Of a stretch of 64,000 nt of DNA, positions 38,796 to 47,111 are shown one piece after another (within the stretch, counting starts at the first letter, position 1; each line of letters begins with the position of its first letter). Source of the DNA: Nitrospirota bacterium (lineage in GTDB: Bacteria > Nitrospirota > UBA9217). Position numbers and translations under genes: made by a program. The notes beneath the pieces are model-generated. The model was not told the origin of the DNA and did not search any database. It saw only the letters and a program-made list of their open reading frames with translations. The stretch lies in NCBI GenBank assembly GCA_963749655.1, contig CAVVOB010000028.1, forward strand, positions 192,001 through 256,000, read 5' to 3'.

Positions 38796-39215
38796 CTAGA
38801 CGCGATCGCCGGACTTCTGCTTTTTGAAATCGTTCAGCGAAACGACCTGTCTCTTGTCGCCGCCGGTCTCTTCTGCGTGCGTTGAGCCGGGCTCTTTGCC
38901 CGTATCGTTCCTGAGAAACTGCACTCCCGCTTCTGGTGAAAACACGCCGAGCAGATCGTCATGATGAATGAAAATGTCTTCCCTGCGGGCGCCGAACACG
39001 AGGACGCAGGCGATATTGCCCTCGGCGTCCCAGTCCAGCACATTGCTGGTCTTGTTGTTGAAAACCAGGACCAGCCCCTGCTTTTTCTCTTCTTCCGTAA
39101 AGCCCCGCGTCCCGATGGTTGTGTTGCCTGAGTATCTCACCAGGAGATAAACGCTTCCGAAATCATTCCAGATGTCGTAGAACAGCCGCTGCAGGTAGGC
39201 TACTTGTTTTTTCAT
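38796..39215 (-). CDS. Hypothetical protein, possibly SspB-like adaptor
   Basis: 'LVL.F.......L.W.....I...L.FG......I....L.G.F.PE.GVQF' pattern and a C-terminal VVSL..F.K tail. Confidence 0.55.
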   Translation of the reverse strand: MKKQVAYLQRLFYDIWNDFGSVYLLVRYSGNTTIGTRGFTEEEKKQGLVLVFNNKTSNVLDWDAEGNIACVLVFGARREDIFIHHDDLLGVFSPEAGVQFLRNDTGKEPGSTHAEETGGDKRQVVSLNDFKKQKSGDRV

Positions 39216-39372
39216 GGCGGTGTAAAGCAAAACTCCTTGCCGAAAAACGTATCGTCTTCGAGCATGAAACGTCCGGGAACTTTCTCTGGAAAAGTGAGAG
39301 ATCCAAGACGGCGTGACTCTCGATAAGGTGTCTCAGCGCGATTGTCGCCTGTACGACGAGTTGCAGGTCTGC

Positions 39373-40047
39373 TTACTTCCTCCGCAGGAACACGACAAAG
39401 GCCCCGCTGCCGCCCTTGTCTCGCGGCGCGGGCGCGAACTCTGCGACCATGGACTTCCCCTTCTTTCTCAGCCACTCGGCAGCCGCCCCCTGCAGGACCG
39501 GTCCTTCCGGAGAATTGAGCCCTTTTCCTGTTATTACCAGGACAGCGTCCTGCTGCAGCGCGTAGGCAGCCACGACAAAGTGCTCCAGTCGAGTAAGGGC
39601 CTCGTCCCGCAGAAAACCGTGGAGATCGAGTTCATCGCTGATGCGGATCGTTCCGCGCTTCAGCTGTCTCATGCGGCTCGATGCGGACCGCTGCTCCCGG
39701 CCATCTTCTTCATCAACGGACCGCTCCGCCTCTTTCATGGACGTCCCGATTTTCCGCATTGCCTGGAGAAAGAGCTGCCCCTCGTCACGGGTCGGAGGAA
39801 TCGCAGGTTCAGCCTGCAATGTCTCGGCCTGTCTCGCACGAGGTCCCTCGCCGGCCCCTATCCTTCTGGCTCCCGACATGGCCTTCAGAAAAAGCTCGCT
39901 GTCGTCTTCGTGGGAGGTTTCCTGCCTGCGGAGAGGAGCCCGTTTTTCTTCCTTTTTCCCGGATTGCGGTTTAAATCCCTTGAGGGACCGGAATGGCGTA
40001 TTCCTGAAATCTCCGGCCGGCTGATCGTCGGTTTTCTTTTTTTTCAT
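39373..40047 (-). CDS. Smr/MutS2 C-terminal domain protein
   Basis: LDLHG, LVITGKG..S, GG.GA..V.L. Confidence 0.9.
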   Translation of the reverse strand: MKKKKTDDQPAGDFRNTPFRSLKGFKPQSGKKEEKRAPLRRQETSHEDDSELFLKAMSGARRIGAGEGPRARQAETLQAEPAIPPTRDEGQLFLQAMRKIGTSMKEAERSVDEEDGREQRSASSRMRQLKRGTIRISDELDLHGFLRDEALTRLEHFVVAAYALQQDAVLVITGKGLNSPEGPVLQGAAAEWLRKKGKSMVAEFAPAPRDKGGSGAFVVFLRRK

Positions 40048-40228
40048 AGCTGATGCATTTTTGTCATGCCGCTGAATCCCTTTATTAATTCAGTTCGAAC
40101 AAGCCTCTCAATTTCTGCGTGCACTGCGAATACTGCGGGAAATAACGGGGTACCCCGGGACGATGTTCAGAGACTGCACAAAACGGCAAGCGTTCTCCTC
40201 CGGCTTGTGCGATCTCTTTTGCATCCGG

Positions 40229-41461
40229 CTAATGATCCGGATAGCGTTCGCTGATGCTGCGAATCGTATCAAGGCAGGAAAAAAGCGTATCGACCATTTC
40301 GGGATCGAAGTGCGTTCCCGAACAGGACCGCAGCTCCTCCAGGACGCGCGCCTCGTCCCATCGTTCTTTGTATGTCCTGCGCGACCCGAGCGCGTCGTAT
40401 ACGTCGGCGAGGGAGACGACCCTGCCGAATACCGGTATCTCCTCGCCTTTTCTGGGGCGCGGCGATCCGTCGCTGTTTCCTGTGCCCGGGACGGCGCTTC
40501 CGTCCGCGACATTGACGTTACCCGGATAACCGGTCCCGTCCCATTTCTCATGGTGCGTAAGAGCGACGACGGCTGCGGCCTCGTCGAACTCCGAGTAGCG
40601 GTCGGAAAAAAGCCGCGCGCCCATTATGGTATGCTGCTTCATTGCTTCACGCTCCGCGTCATCGAGACGCCCGGGTTTCTTCAGGATCGCATCGGAGACC
40701 GCCACCTTGCCCACATCGTGGAGCATCGCCGCCATGCGGAGGATGTCCCGGTTCTTGTCGATCTCGGCAGCGGGGATGCCGCGCCTCGCGGCCCACGACT
40801 CGTAAATTGCGACGGTATAGGCGGCGACGCGGTTCACATGAGCGCCCGTCTCCTTGGGATCGCGCAGCTCGGCCATCTTGATGGTCCGCAGGATCATGGC
40901 CCGCGTCATTTGCGCGCGTTCGATAGCCACGGCGGCCATGTTCGCGAAATGCATGATGATCGGCTCGTCTCGTTTCGAGAAGGGGACTGCTTTTCCGGCG
41001 GAATTCATCGCGTTGATCAGCTGAAGCACGCCTGCGGTTTCACCGCGGTTGTTCTTGAGGGGGAACGTCAGCATGGAACGGGTGCGGTACCCGGAAAGGT
41101 CGTCGTAGGTCCGGTTGAATGCGTAGGGAAGCCCGGAGCGCAGTTTGTAGGCATCAGGGATGTTCAGGGGCTCGCCGGTGTTGCCCACATAGCCGGCGAT
41201 CGTCTTATTGTTGATGGGTATGGAGAAAGTCGAGTAAATGAGTTTCCTGCCCGGAGGAAGCCTTTTCTGCTGCGTTTCGTTCTGGGTGTAGCTGAATTTC
41301 AGCTGATCGCCTTCCCTGACGTAGATCGAACCTGCGTCGGCGCGGACAAGGCTGCGCGCTTCCTGAAGGAGCCGTTCCAGGAGCACGTCAACATCCTTGA
41401 TTTCCGTGAGCTCCACGCCCAGGGTCATGACCCGGTCGAGTTTCTGTCGTTCGCTCACCAT
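40229..41461 (-). CDS. GAF + HD-GYP cyclic-di-nucleotide phosphodiesterase
   Basis: GAF (YRTRSML..PL), ETGAH..RV, LHDVGK, HHEKWDGTGYP, ADVYDAL...R.YK. Start chosen from the promoter position. Confidence 0.9.
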   Translation of the reverse strand: MVSERQKLDRVMTLGVELTEIKDVDVLLERLLQEARSLVRADAGSIYVREGDQLKFSYTQNETQQKRLPPGRKLIYSTFSIPINNKTIAGYVGNTGEPLNIPDAYKLRSGLPYAFNRTYDDLSGYRTRSMLTFPLKNNRGETAGVLQLINAMNSAGKAVPFSKRDEPIIMHFANMAAVAIERAQMTRAMILRTIKMAELRDPKETGAHVNRVAAYTVAIYESWAARRGIPAAEIDKNRDILRMAAMLHDVGKVAVSDAILKKPGRLDDAEREAMKQHTIMGARLFSDRYSEFDEAAAVVALTHHEKWDGTGYPGNVNVADGSAVPGTGNSDGSPRPRKGEEIPVFGRVVSLADVYDALGSRRTYKERWDEARVLEELRSCSGTHFDPEMVDTLFSCLDTIRSISERYPDH

Positions 41462-41466
41462 GGAGG

Positions 41467-41496
41467 ATATTAGCAACATCCGCCCTGTTTTGTCAA
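41467..41496 (-). promoter_or_regulatory. Sigma70-like promoter TTGACA-18-TAATAT, 5 nt before ATG (leaderless candidate)
   Basis: + strand tgtcaa 41491-41496, atatta 41467-41472, ATG at 41461. Confidence 0.6.
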
Positions 41497-41637
41497 TCCG
41501 GGAGTCGGGGCAGGGCGCCGGGTTAATTAGTAATTGACTCACTTGTGCTTTTTTGATATAGTAGAACACTAAATTTCGTAAAGCACCGTCGGGCTCTGAG
41601 CGGATGATAAACCGCCGGACCGGGGACAGAGGTTGTA

Positions 41638-42009
41638 ATGATGGTAACTGATTCCAAATTGCTGACAATCAAGAAAAAACTCCTGAAGCAGCGTCAGGAT
41701 CTTCTTTCCGAAGCCGAGCATACTCTGAACAACAAGCTCAGCACGGAGAAGGAAAGTTTTCCGGACCCAACCGACCAGGCAGTGGCCGAGCTGGACAACA
41801 ACTTCCTGCTCAGATTGCGCGGACGGGAGCAGAAGCTTCTGAAAAAGATCGACGAGGCGATAGCGAGGATAGACGGCGGCACCTACGGCGTCTGCGAATC
41901 CTGCGGCGGACCCATCGGTCCGAAGCGCCTGGAAGCCCGCCCCGTGACCACGCTCTGCATCGAGTGCAAGACGCAGCAGGAAGAAGAGGAAAAGCGGACC
42001 GCTGACTGA
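41638..42009 (+). CDS. dksA: RNA polymerase-binding protein DksA
   Basis: DPTDQA coiled-coil tip, C..CG..I...RLEARP....C..CK zinc finger. Confidence 0.93.
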   Translation: MMVTDSKLLTIKKKLLKQRQDLLSEAEHTLNNKLSTEKESFPDPTDQAVAELDNNFLLRLRGREQKLLKKIDEAIARIDGGTYGVCESCGGPIGPKRLEARPVTTLCIECKTQQEEEEKRTAD

Positions 42010-42043
42010 CCTCTCTTGTCCGCAGTACCTGATTCACGAAATG

Positions 42044-42079
42044 AAAAGGGATCAACCGTATATTCGGCTGATCCCTTTT
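42044..42079. terminator. Bidirectional terminator (dksA, and the original 3' side of tRNA-Val)
   Basis: aaaagggatca.ccg...cggctgatccctttt, immediately beside the displaced tRNA 3' fragment. Confidence 0.7.
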
Positions 42080-42088
42080 ATATTCTTC

Positions 42089-42117
42089 ATGGTGGGCGCT
42101 ACTGGAATTGAACCAGT
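42089..42117 (-). repeat. att site: duplicated 3' end of tRNA-Val
   Basis: atggtgggcgctactggaattgaaccagt matches 45664-45692 with one mismatch. Confidence 0.9.
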
Positions 42118-42311
42118 AGAACCCTCTTCTGAAAGTGTCCCTCCCCGATTAAGAAGAATAATAAATCAAAGACATAGTGTTTCAAAACAATCCGAGTGTT
42201 GCAAAAATTCATCGGACAAGACTCGGACAAAGAGAAACCAACCCGAGGGGAATAGTCTAGGGCAATATCAATTCTCAAACTGGCCAGCTTGGTACACTGA
42301 TTTAAGTGCGG

Positions 42312-42890
42312 CTAAGAAGGCCCTGGTAACTTGGCGATTTTCGAGACGTGTTTAACCGCCGATGACTTTGAAGAAGAGATACCTTCTCCCTCTTTAACAA
42401 TGCTCTCAAGGATATTTGGCCAATAGTCAGCATCGGCCGTATTTAATCGAAGCTTAACCAATGTTCCCTTGAGCGGAATAGGTTGGGATATATCTGCGCG
42501 TGCCGGAGAGAGAAAATACTCAGAACTTATGATTGAGAAATTACCATAGCGGCGACCGAGTTCAGATACTAGATATAGTCCGAAACCCGTGTTAGCCCAT
42601 TGTGAATCCATATCCATATGCAAGGCACTCGAGACGCCAGGTTGCAATGCTAAGTTAAGCGCTGTTGGGGCATCCGATACGGAATATGCCTGCCCAAGAG
42701 AGTCCAAAATGCCTATGCCTCGATCAGCGATGGCGATCTCTGTAAAACCATTTGCCCAGTGTTGAGCCATTACAGAACACTTTTCGACCTTCGCATGTTC
42801 AAACGCATTCCTGATTATTTCACGAAAGCAATAGGACAGCATTATAGCAGCACTCTCATTAGGCACAGAGTACAGCCCGAATGTGATCAA
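42312..42890 (-). CDS. GHKL/HATPase_c-like ATP-binding domain protein (probably N-terminally truncated)
   Basis: N-box EIIRNAFEHA, G1 IADRGIGI, G2 NTGFGLY, GT.V; weak start context. Confidence 0.7.
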   Translation of the reverse strand: MITFGLYSVPNESAAIMLSYCFREIIRNAFEHAKVEKCSVMAQHWANGFTEIAIADRGIGILDSLGQAYSVSDAPTALNLALQPGVSSALHMDMDSQWANTGFGLYLVSELGRRYGNFSIISSEYFLSPARADISQPIPLKGTLVKLRLNTADADYWPNILESIVKEGEGISSSKSSAVKHVSKIAKLPGPS

Positions 42891-42938
42891 GTATATCCTG
42901 AACTGTTTTAAAATATATCCCGAAAAATTCTGGAACGA

Positions 42939-42966
42939 ATAAGGCCGGACACTCTCCGGCCTTATT
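42939..42966. terminator. Hairpin terminator downstream of the HEPN gene
   Basis: aataaggccgga-cactc-tccggccttatt. Confidence 0.65.
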
Positions 42967-43007
42967 TTATTTCTCGTATCTTCCGAGCCATCCCCTTGGA
43001 CCTGCCT

Positions 43008-44492
43008 CTAGCCTAGATTATCTCTGTCTTTTTTGTTCAGAATTTTGCGATCTTCATTCCACGTCTTATAATATGACACTTTTACTTCTAAAAGAGGTGG
43101 TGAAACGAATGATTTTGAAATAGGCCATCCTAGAATGGATAGGATGGCTCGCTCTAGAATCCACTGTAAATTCTCCTTGGCGGATATTAATGCGCACTCC
43201 TCAGTATAGGTAAAATAGTCCCCATGAATGAGACGGTGCCTGATTTCCGAAAGCGATATTCCTTTCTCATGATCACAAACCGGCCAAAGATCATCCAAGC
43301 AAATTAAATATGAATCACAAAAACTCTTGAAAGCAGTAGAAAAAGATATTCTATTTAAGTCGGATATCTTTTGATAAAGCATTTTTCTTTTTTTCTTATG
43401 CTTATCTCCTTTAAGTGGTTCGTAATCATGGATGCAATTTTTCATGTATTTACTAAATTCACTATAGTCATCAGATAGAGGTGTGAAAATATATTCTAAC
43501 TCTGATGCTTGGCGAAAATATAAAACTAGAGATTCAAGGGCGGAAAATAGTAACAGGTAGGAGTTTTCAATTGTTCTGTTTAAGTCATATGCTGCAATGA
43601 CATGTCCAATCGCGTGTCTTACTAATTGCGGACCTTTAAGCTTTTCGAGCATATCATATGCTTGAAAGATAAATTCATCGATATGAGAAATTTCAATAAG
43701 TTCATGAAGACTATTTTTTAATTTTAAATCAGGAATAGCAATATCATGTCTAAAATGTTTTACTTGGGTCGTTGGTGTATCATATTCCCATCCTATACAA
43801 GCACATTTGCTTCTTTCCGCTAAACTTACCAACATTAATAAATCATCAATATGAAAGAGAATCCCTGACTCGATATTTACTAGTTCGTCAGGTTTCTCAA
43901 CTTCAAATTCCGCAACAAGTTCTGCACGGCTTATTGTCTCTCCATTCACAGTCTCAGTAAATCGATAATGATTGTTAAATCTCAGTTCAATGTGATTAGG
44001 CAAGGAGAACGCGTGCCGACTCTCAGTGGTAATTCTTACATTACCATCAACATTTCGTTCTTCCATCACATTCGGTTCAAGCATTTTGCTAGGCGTCAGC
44101 CAAAAAACTTCTGTGCTTTTTTGGATTAGATCTTTATTGCTATCGATATTATAGAAGTGTTCAGAAATTGTTAGGTCTATCGGCCAAGCAGAAATACGAT
44201 TTTCCTTTATTTTTCTTCCCCAGTATTTACCAGAACGATGCTTTGTAAAAACCCTCTTTGAATAGATACTCACTTCTTTTTTACCATGAAATCCTATCAC
44301 CTCCCCTGACACCGAAAATTCGTGAATATCCTTCAATTGTTTCACCTGTTCGTCGTTTGGGAAAAAAAGATAATTTATAGGATTTGTCAAATGGTCTGGC
44401 AAATAAAGATAGCAGAGGACATTTTCAACCCGTGTTGCATCTGTCACAATCGTTGATAAAAACCTGTAGTCTTCATTCTTTTGGTTCATCAT
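43008..44492 (-). CDS. ApeA-like HEPN-domain protein (putative antiviral RNase)
   Basis: Beta-rich N-terminal region, then 'E..YL.LFSALE' and the HEPN R-x4-H motif EIRHRLIHG, followed by 'LERAILSILG'. Start at ATG 44492/44489 or TTG 44513. Confidence 0.72.
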   Translation of the reverse strand: MMNQKNEDYRFLSTIVTDATRVENVLCYLYLPDHLTNPINYLFFPNDEQVKQLKDIHEFSVSGEVIGFHGKKEVSIYSKRVFTKHRSGKYWGRKIKENRISAWPIDLTISEHFYNIDSNKDLIQKSTEVFWLTPSKMLEPNVMEERNVDGNVRITTESRHAFSLPNHIELRFNNHYRFTETVNGETISRAELVAEFEVEKPDELVNIESGILFHIDDLLMLVSLAERSKCACIGWEYDTPTTQVKHFRHDIAIPDLKLKNSLHELIEISHIDEFIFQAYDMLEKLKGPQLVRHAIGHVIAAYDLNRTIENSYLLLFSALESLVLYFRQASELEYIFTPLSDDYSEFSKYMKNCIHDYEPLKGDKHKKKRKMLYQKISDLNRISFSTAFKSFCDSYLICLDDLWPVCDHEKGISLSEIRHRLIHGDYFTYTEECALISAKENLQWILERAILSILGWPISKSFVSPPLLEVKVSYYKTWNEDRKILNKKDRDNLG

Positions 44493-44517
44493 ATTGCTAG
44501 TGGCCTCGTTCAATTTG

Positions 44518-44724
44518 CTAGCGAAGATTCATTGGTATGATGCAGTGTTCAATATTGCCCTCGCACGTGACGTTTTGAGTTATCGCTCCTGTTTTGTGCT
44601 TTGACTCTGGATGCGAACATTTTTTATATTCACGTATTATCTGTTTTCGAGGATTGCGATTAGTGGGCATCACTTTGCTTTCAGATTTAATTTGTTTGTA
44701 TGAATAAAATTTACAAACAGACAT
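44518..44724 (-). CDS. Small basic Cys-rich protein (68 aa)
   Basis: AAGGAGG RBS; MSVCKFY...KCSHP...TCEG...HCII; directly upstream of the HEPN gene. Confidence 0.7.
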   Translation of the reverse strand: MSVCKFYSYKQIKSESKVMPTNRNPRKQIIREYKKCSHPESKHKTGAITQNVTCEGNIEHCIIPMNLR

Positions 44725-44871
44725 AGGTTGAACCTCCTTTATCTTTTTCGACTCAGAGCAGAAGTATATCACTTAAAGAAGTGTTTCACACGGGAATTGA
44801 ATATACAAATATTATTCCTTGATATTACTATAATTAGCACTAGAATAATTACTATTAAGAAAGGGGGTTCA

Positions 44872-45048
44872 ATGATTAACTTGAAATTTGTCACCGTGTC
44901 GGAATTACGGCTTAAAACTACTAAGATTGTCGCAGAGGTGGAGAAGACCGGGAGGCAGGTTATCGTAACAAAGAATGGGAGGCCGGTTGTAGTGGTGCAG
45001 CGTGTAACAGAAGATGAATTAAGCCTAGACAGGCCAAAAAAGAAATAG
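44872..45048 (+). CDS. Phd/YefM-family antitoxin-like DNA-binding protein (orphan)
   Basis: 'V.VSELR......V..V......VIVTKNGRPVVVV'; AGGGGG RBS. Confidence 0.8.
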   Translation: MINLKFVTVSELRLKTTKIVAEVEKTGRQVIVTKNGRPVVVVQRVTEDELSLDRPKKK

Positions 45049-45090
45049 CCGATCAGAAGCAAACACGAAAACGAAAATGGAAAAAAGGAA

Positions 45091-45708
45091 ATGCAATTCA
45101 AGATTCTTGCGGCTGTGCCTGAGAAGGATCAACCCATATTCCGCTTTGCAATCTATCACCCTATCCGGCCCGGTGAGCTTCGAGCGCTTCGGGTCAAGGA
45201 TTTTCTAGTTGATCAGGGTATGGTGCAGATCAGCCGCGCATTCTCTCTCACAGAAGAGCGATCGAGGAAGAACAAAAAGCCCTATTACCTTCCCCTATCC
45301 GCAACGTTCGACCGCAGCGTGCTCAAGGGGAAGCTGCCAGAGGCATTTGTATTCCTGAACGCAATAGGAAGGCCGTACACTGACTCCGGATTGCGGAAGA
45401 TATGGAGAAGGGCCTGCAAGAACGCCAAGGTGCCATATATCAATTTCTACAACGCTACGCGCCATTCCATCGCGTCTCAGGCACTCAACGCGGGTGTTCC
45501 GCTGGACAGGATTTCACAGGCCCTCGGTCACAGCAACCTTGAGATCACGCGCCGGTATGCGAGTTTGAATGTGCAGAAACTTCGTGACGTAGTTGATGGA
45601 CTCGGACAGGACTCGGACAAACAAAAAATCCGTGAGATAAACCCACGGATTGTGATAGGAATTATGGTGGGCGCTACTGGGATTGAACCAGTGGCCCCTG
45701 CCGTGTGA
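45091..45708 (+). CDS. Tyrosine recombinase, catalytic domain only; C-terminus overlaps att/tRNA
   Basis: IRPGEL.AL, YNATRHS, LGHS...T.RY; no N-terminal arm/core-binding domains. Confidence 0.85.
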   Translation: MQFKILAAVPEKDQPIFRFAIYHPIRPGELRALRVKDFLVDQGMVQISRAFSLTEERSRKNKKPYYLPLSATFDRSVLKGKLPEAFVFLNAIGRPYTDSGLRKIWRRACKNAKVPYINFYNATRHSIASQALNAGVPLDRISQALGHSNLEITRRYASLNVQKLRDVVDGLGQDSDKQKIREINPRIVIGIMVGATGIEPVAPAV

Positions 45709-45739
45709 AGGCAGTGCTCTCCCGCTGAGCTAAGCGCCC
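45665..45739 (-). tRNA. tRNA-Val(CAC)
   Basis: Reverse complement GGGCGCTTAGCTCAGCGGGAGAGCACTGCCTTCACACGGCAGGGGCCACTGGTTCAATCCCAGTAGCGCCCACCA; cloverleaf, anticodon CAC, encoded CCA. Confidence 0.96.
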
Positions 45740-45812
45740 TGAAACAGATACTTTTTAACACAAGCACTGCGGGTTAGTCAAGATAATTCTAGGATTTGAA
45801 AATCGGTTTGAA

Positions 45813-45920
45813 CCGCGAAGCCGCGAGGGACGCAAAGGAAACCGTAAGAGAAAACCATTGTCTGGTTTTAAACCAGGGCTTAGAGCTTTTGACCTCCTCG
45901 CGCTCTTTGCGCCGTTGCGG
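45813..45920. repeat. Inverted-repeat element with ~9-nt period arms (CGC[G/A]AAG type)
   Basis: ccgcgaagccgcgagggacgcaaagg ... ctcgcgctctttgcgccgttgcgg. Confidence 0.65.
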
Positions 45921-45928
45921 ATAGTGTT

Positions 45929-47092
45929 TCAGTCGATCATCAGTATCGCACATTTCAGATACTGCGTCTCCCGTGCAGCGAGCAAGACGGGATGGTCCCT
46001 TGCCTGAGAGCGCATCTCCAGGAGCCTGACCTGGCGGCCGGCGGAATAGGCCGCGTCGATCAGCATCTCGCGGAACAGCTCTTCATCGATATGATGGGAG
46101 CAGGAGCATGTTGCGAGGATTCCGCCCGGTTCGAGCAGCTTCATGCCACGCATATTGATTTCCTTGTATCCCTTCAGCGCTTCGCGCACCTTTGCCCTGC
46201 TCTTCACGAATGCGGGCGGATCAAGAACCACGCATCCGAAGCGTTCCCGATTTTTTTCCAGGGAGCGCAGCTCGTCGAACACATCAGCGACCCTGAACTT
46301 CACGGCCAGTCCGTTGAGCGCGGCATTCTCCGCAGCAAGCTGCACGGCCCGGGCGGATGCGTCGATGCCCGTAACGTCCGCGGCTCCGGCCCGCGCCGCG
46401 CTGAGCGCCCAGGCGCCGACGTAACAGAAACAGTCGAGTACGCGGCGGCCCCGCACGTATCCTGTGAGTGCAAGCCGGTTCTCGCGCTGATCGAAGAAAA
46501 AGCCCGTCTTCTGCCCTTCGAGAACGTCAACGCGGTAGCGGATGCCGGACTCTTCAAACATCACCGGCCCCTCCACCGACCCCAGGAGGACCCGCTTTTC
46601 CTGAATAAGCCCCTCAAGTGCCCGGGTGGGCGAATCATTCCGCGCGACGACGGCGGTCGGCGTATAAACTTCCGAAAGCACGGCGATCACATCATCGAGC
46701 ATCCGGTCGATCCCCGCAGTCAGCGACTGGATAACCAGCGTGCCGGCATACTTGTCCACGATCAGGCCGGGAAGGCCGTCTCCTTCGCTGTAGAAGGCGC
46801 GGTGGGATTCGCCGAGCCCGAGCCCGGTCCGAAGTTCGCGGCCGGCATTGATCCGTTTGCGAAGAAAATCGCGGTCGATCGGCTCCTGCGTGCGGGTCAT
46901 AATGCGCACCGCTATGAGCGAGCGGGGATTGCAGTATCCCCGGGCAATGAAGCGCCCCGAGGCATCAAGGACATCGACGATATCGCCGGGTTCGAGGTCC
47001 TTTGGCACTTCCCGAAGCTCATTGCTGAAGATCCAGGGGTGGCCGCGCAGAATGCGCCGGTCTTCCTTGGGTTTAAGGTGTACGGTTTTCAT
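45929..47092 (-). CDS. Class I SAM-dependent rRNA methyltransferase (RlmI-like)
   Basis: PUA-like GHPWIFSNE, GQKTGFF.DQRENR, VLD.F.Y.G, LDPPAF, YLKC. Confidence 0.9.
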   Translation of the reverse strand: MKTVHLKPKEDRRILRGHPWIFSNELREVPKDLEPGDIVDVLDASGRFIARGYCNPRSLIAVRIMTRTQEPIDRDFLRKRINAGRELRTGLGLGESHRAFYSEGDGLPGLIVDKYAGTLVIQSLTAGIDRMLDDVIAVLSEVYTPTAVVARNDSPTRALEGLIQEKRVLLGSVEGPVMFEESGIRYRVDVLEGQKTGFFFDQRENRLALTGYVRGRRVLDCFCYVGAWALSAARAGAADVTGIDASARAVQLAAENAALNGLAVKFRVADVFDELRSLEKNRERFGCVVLDPPAFVKSRAKVREALKGYKEINMRGMKLLEPGGILATCSCSHHIDEELFREMLIDAAYSAGRQVRLLEMRSQARDHPVLLAARETQYLKCAILMID

Positions 47093-47111
47093 GGGAGGGT
47101 GATGGGATAAA

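Larger units (their letters stand above)
42089..45692. mobile_element. ~3.6-kb genomic island/integrative element remnant at tRNA-Val(CAC)
   Basis: Flanking 29-bp direct repeat of the tRNA 3' end, tyrosine recombinase adjacent to the tRNA, visibly AT-rich cargo, arm-like repeats at both ends. Confidence 0.88.

Noticed and set aside
42089-42117. Second tRNA gene
   Set aside because: Only the 3' ~28 nt (T-arm and acceptor side) are present; it is the att duplication.
42041-42355. 104-aa ORF as a real gene
   Set aside because: It spans a terminator and the att site and has no RBS. It matters only as the potential alternative recombinase tail.
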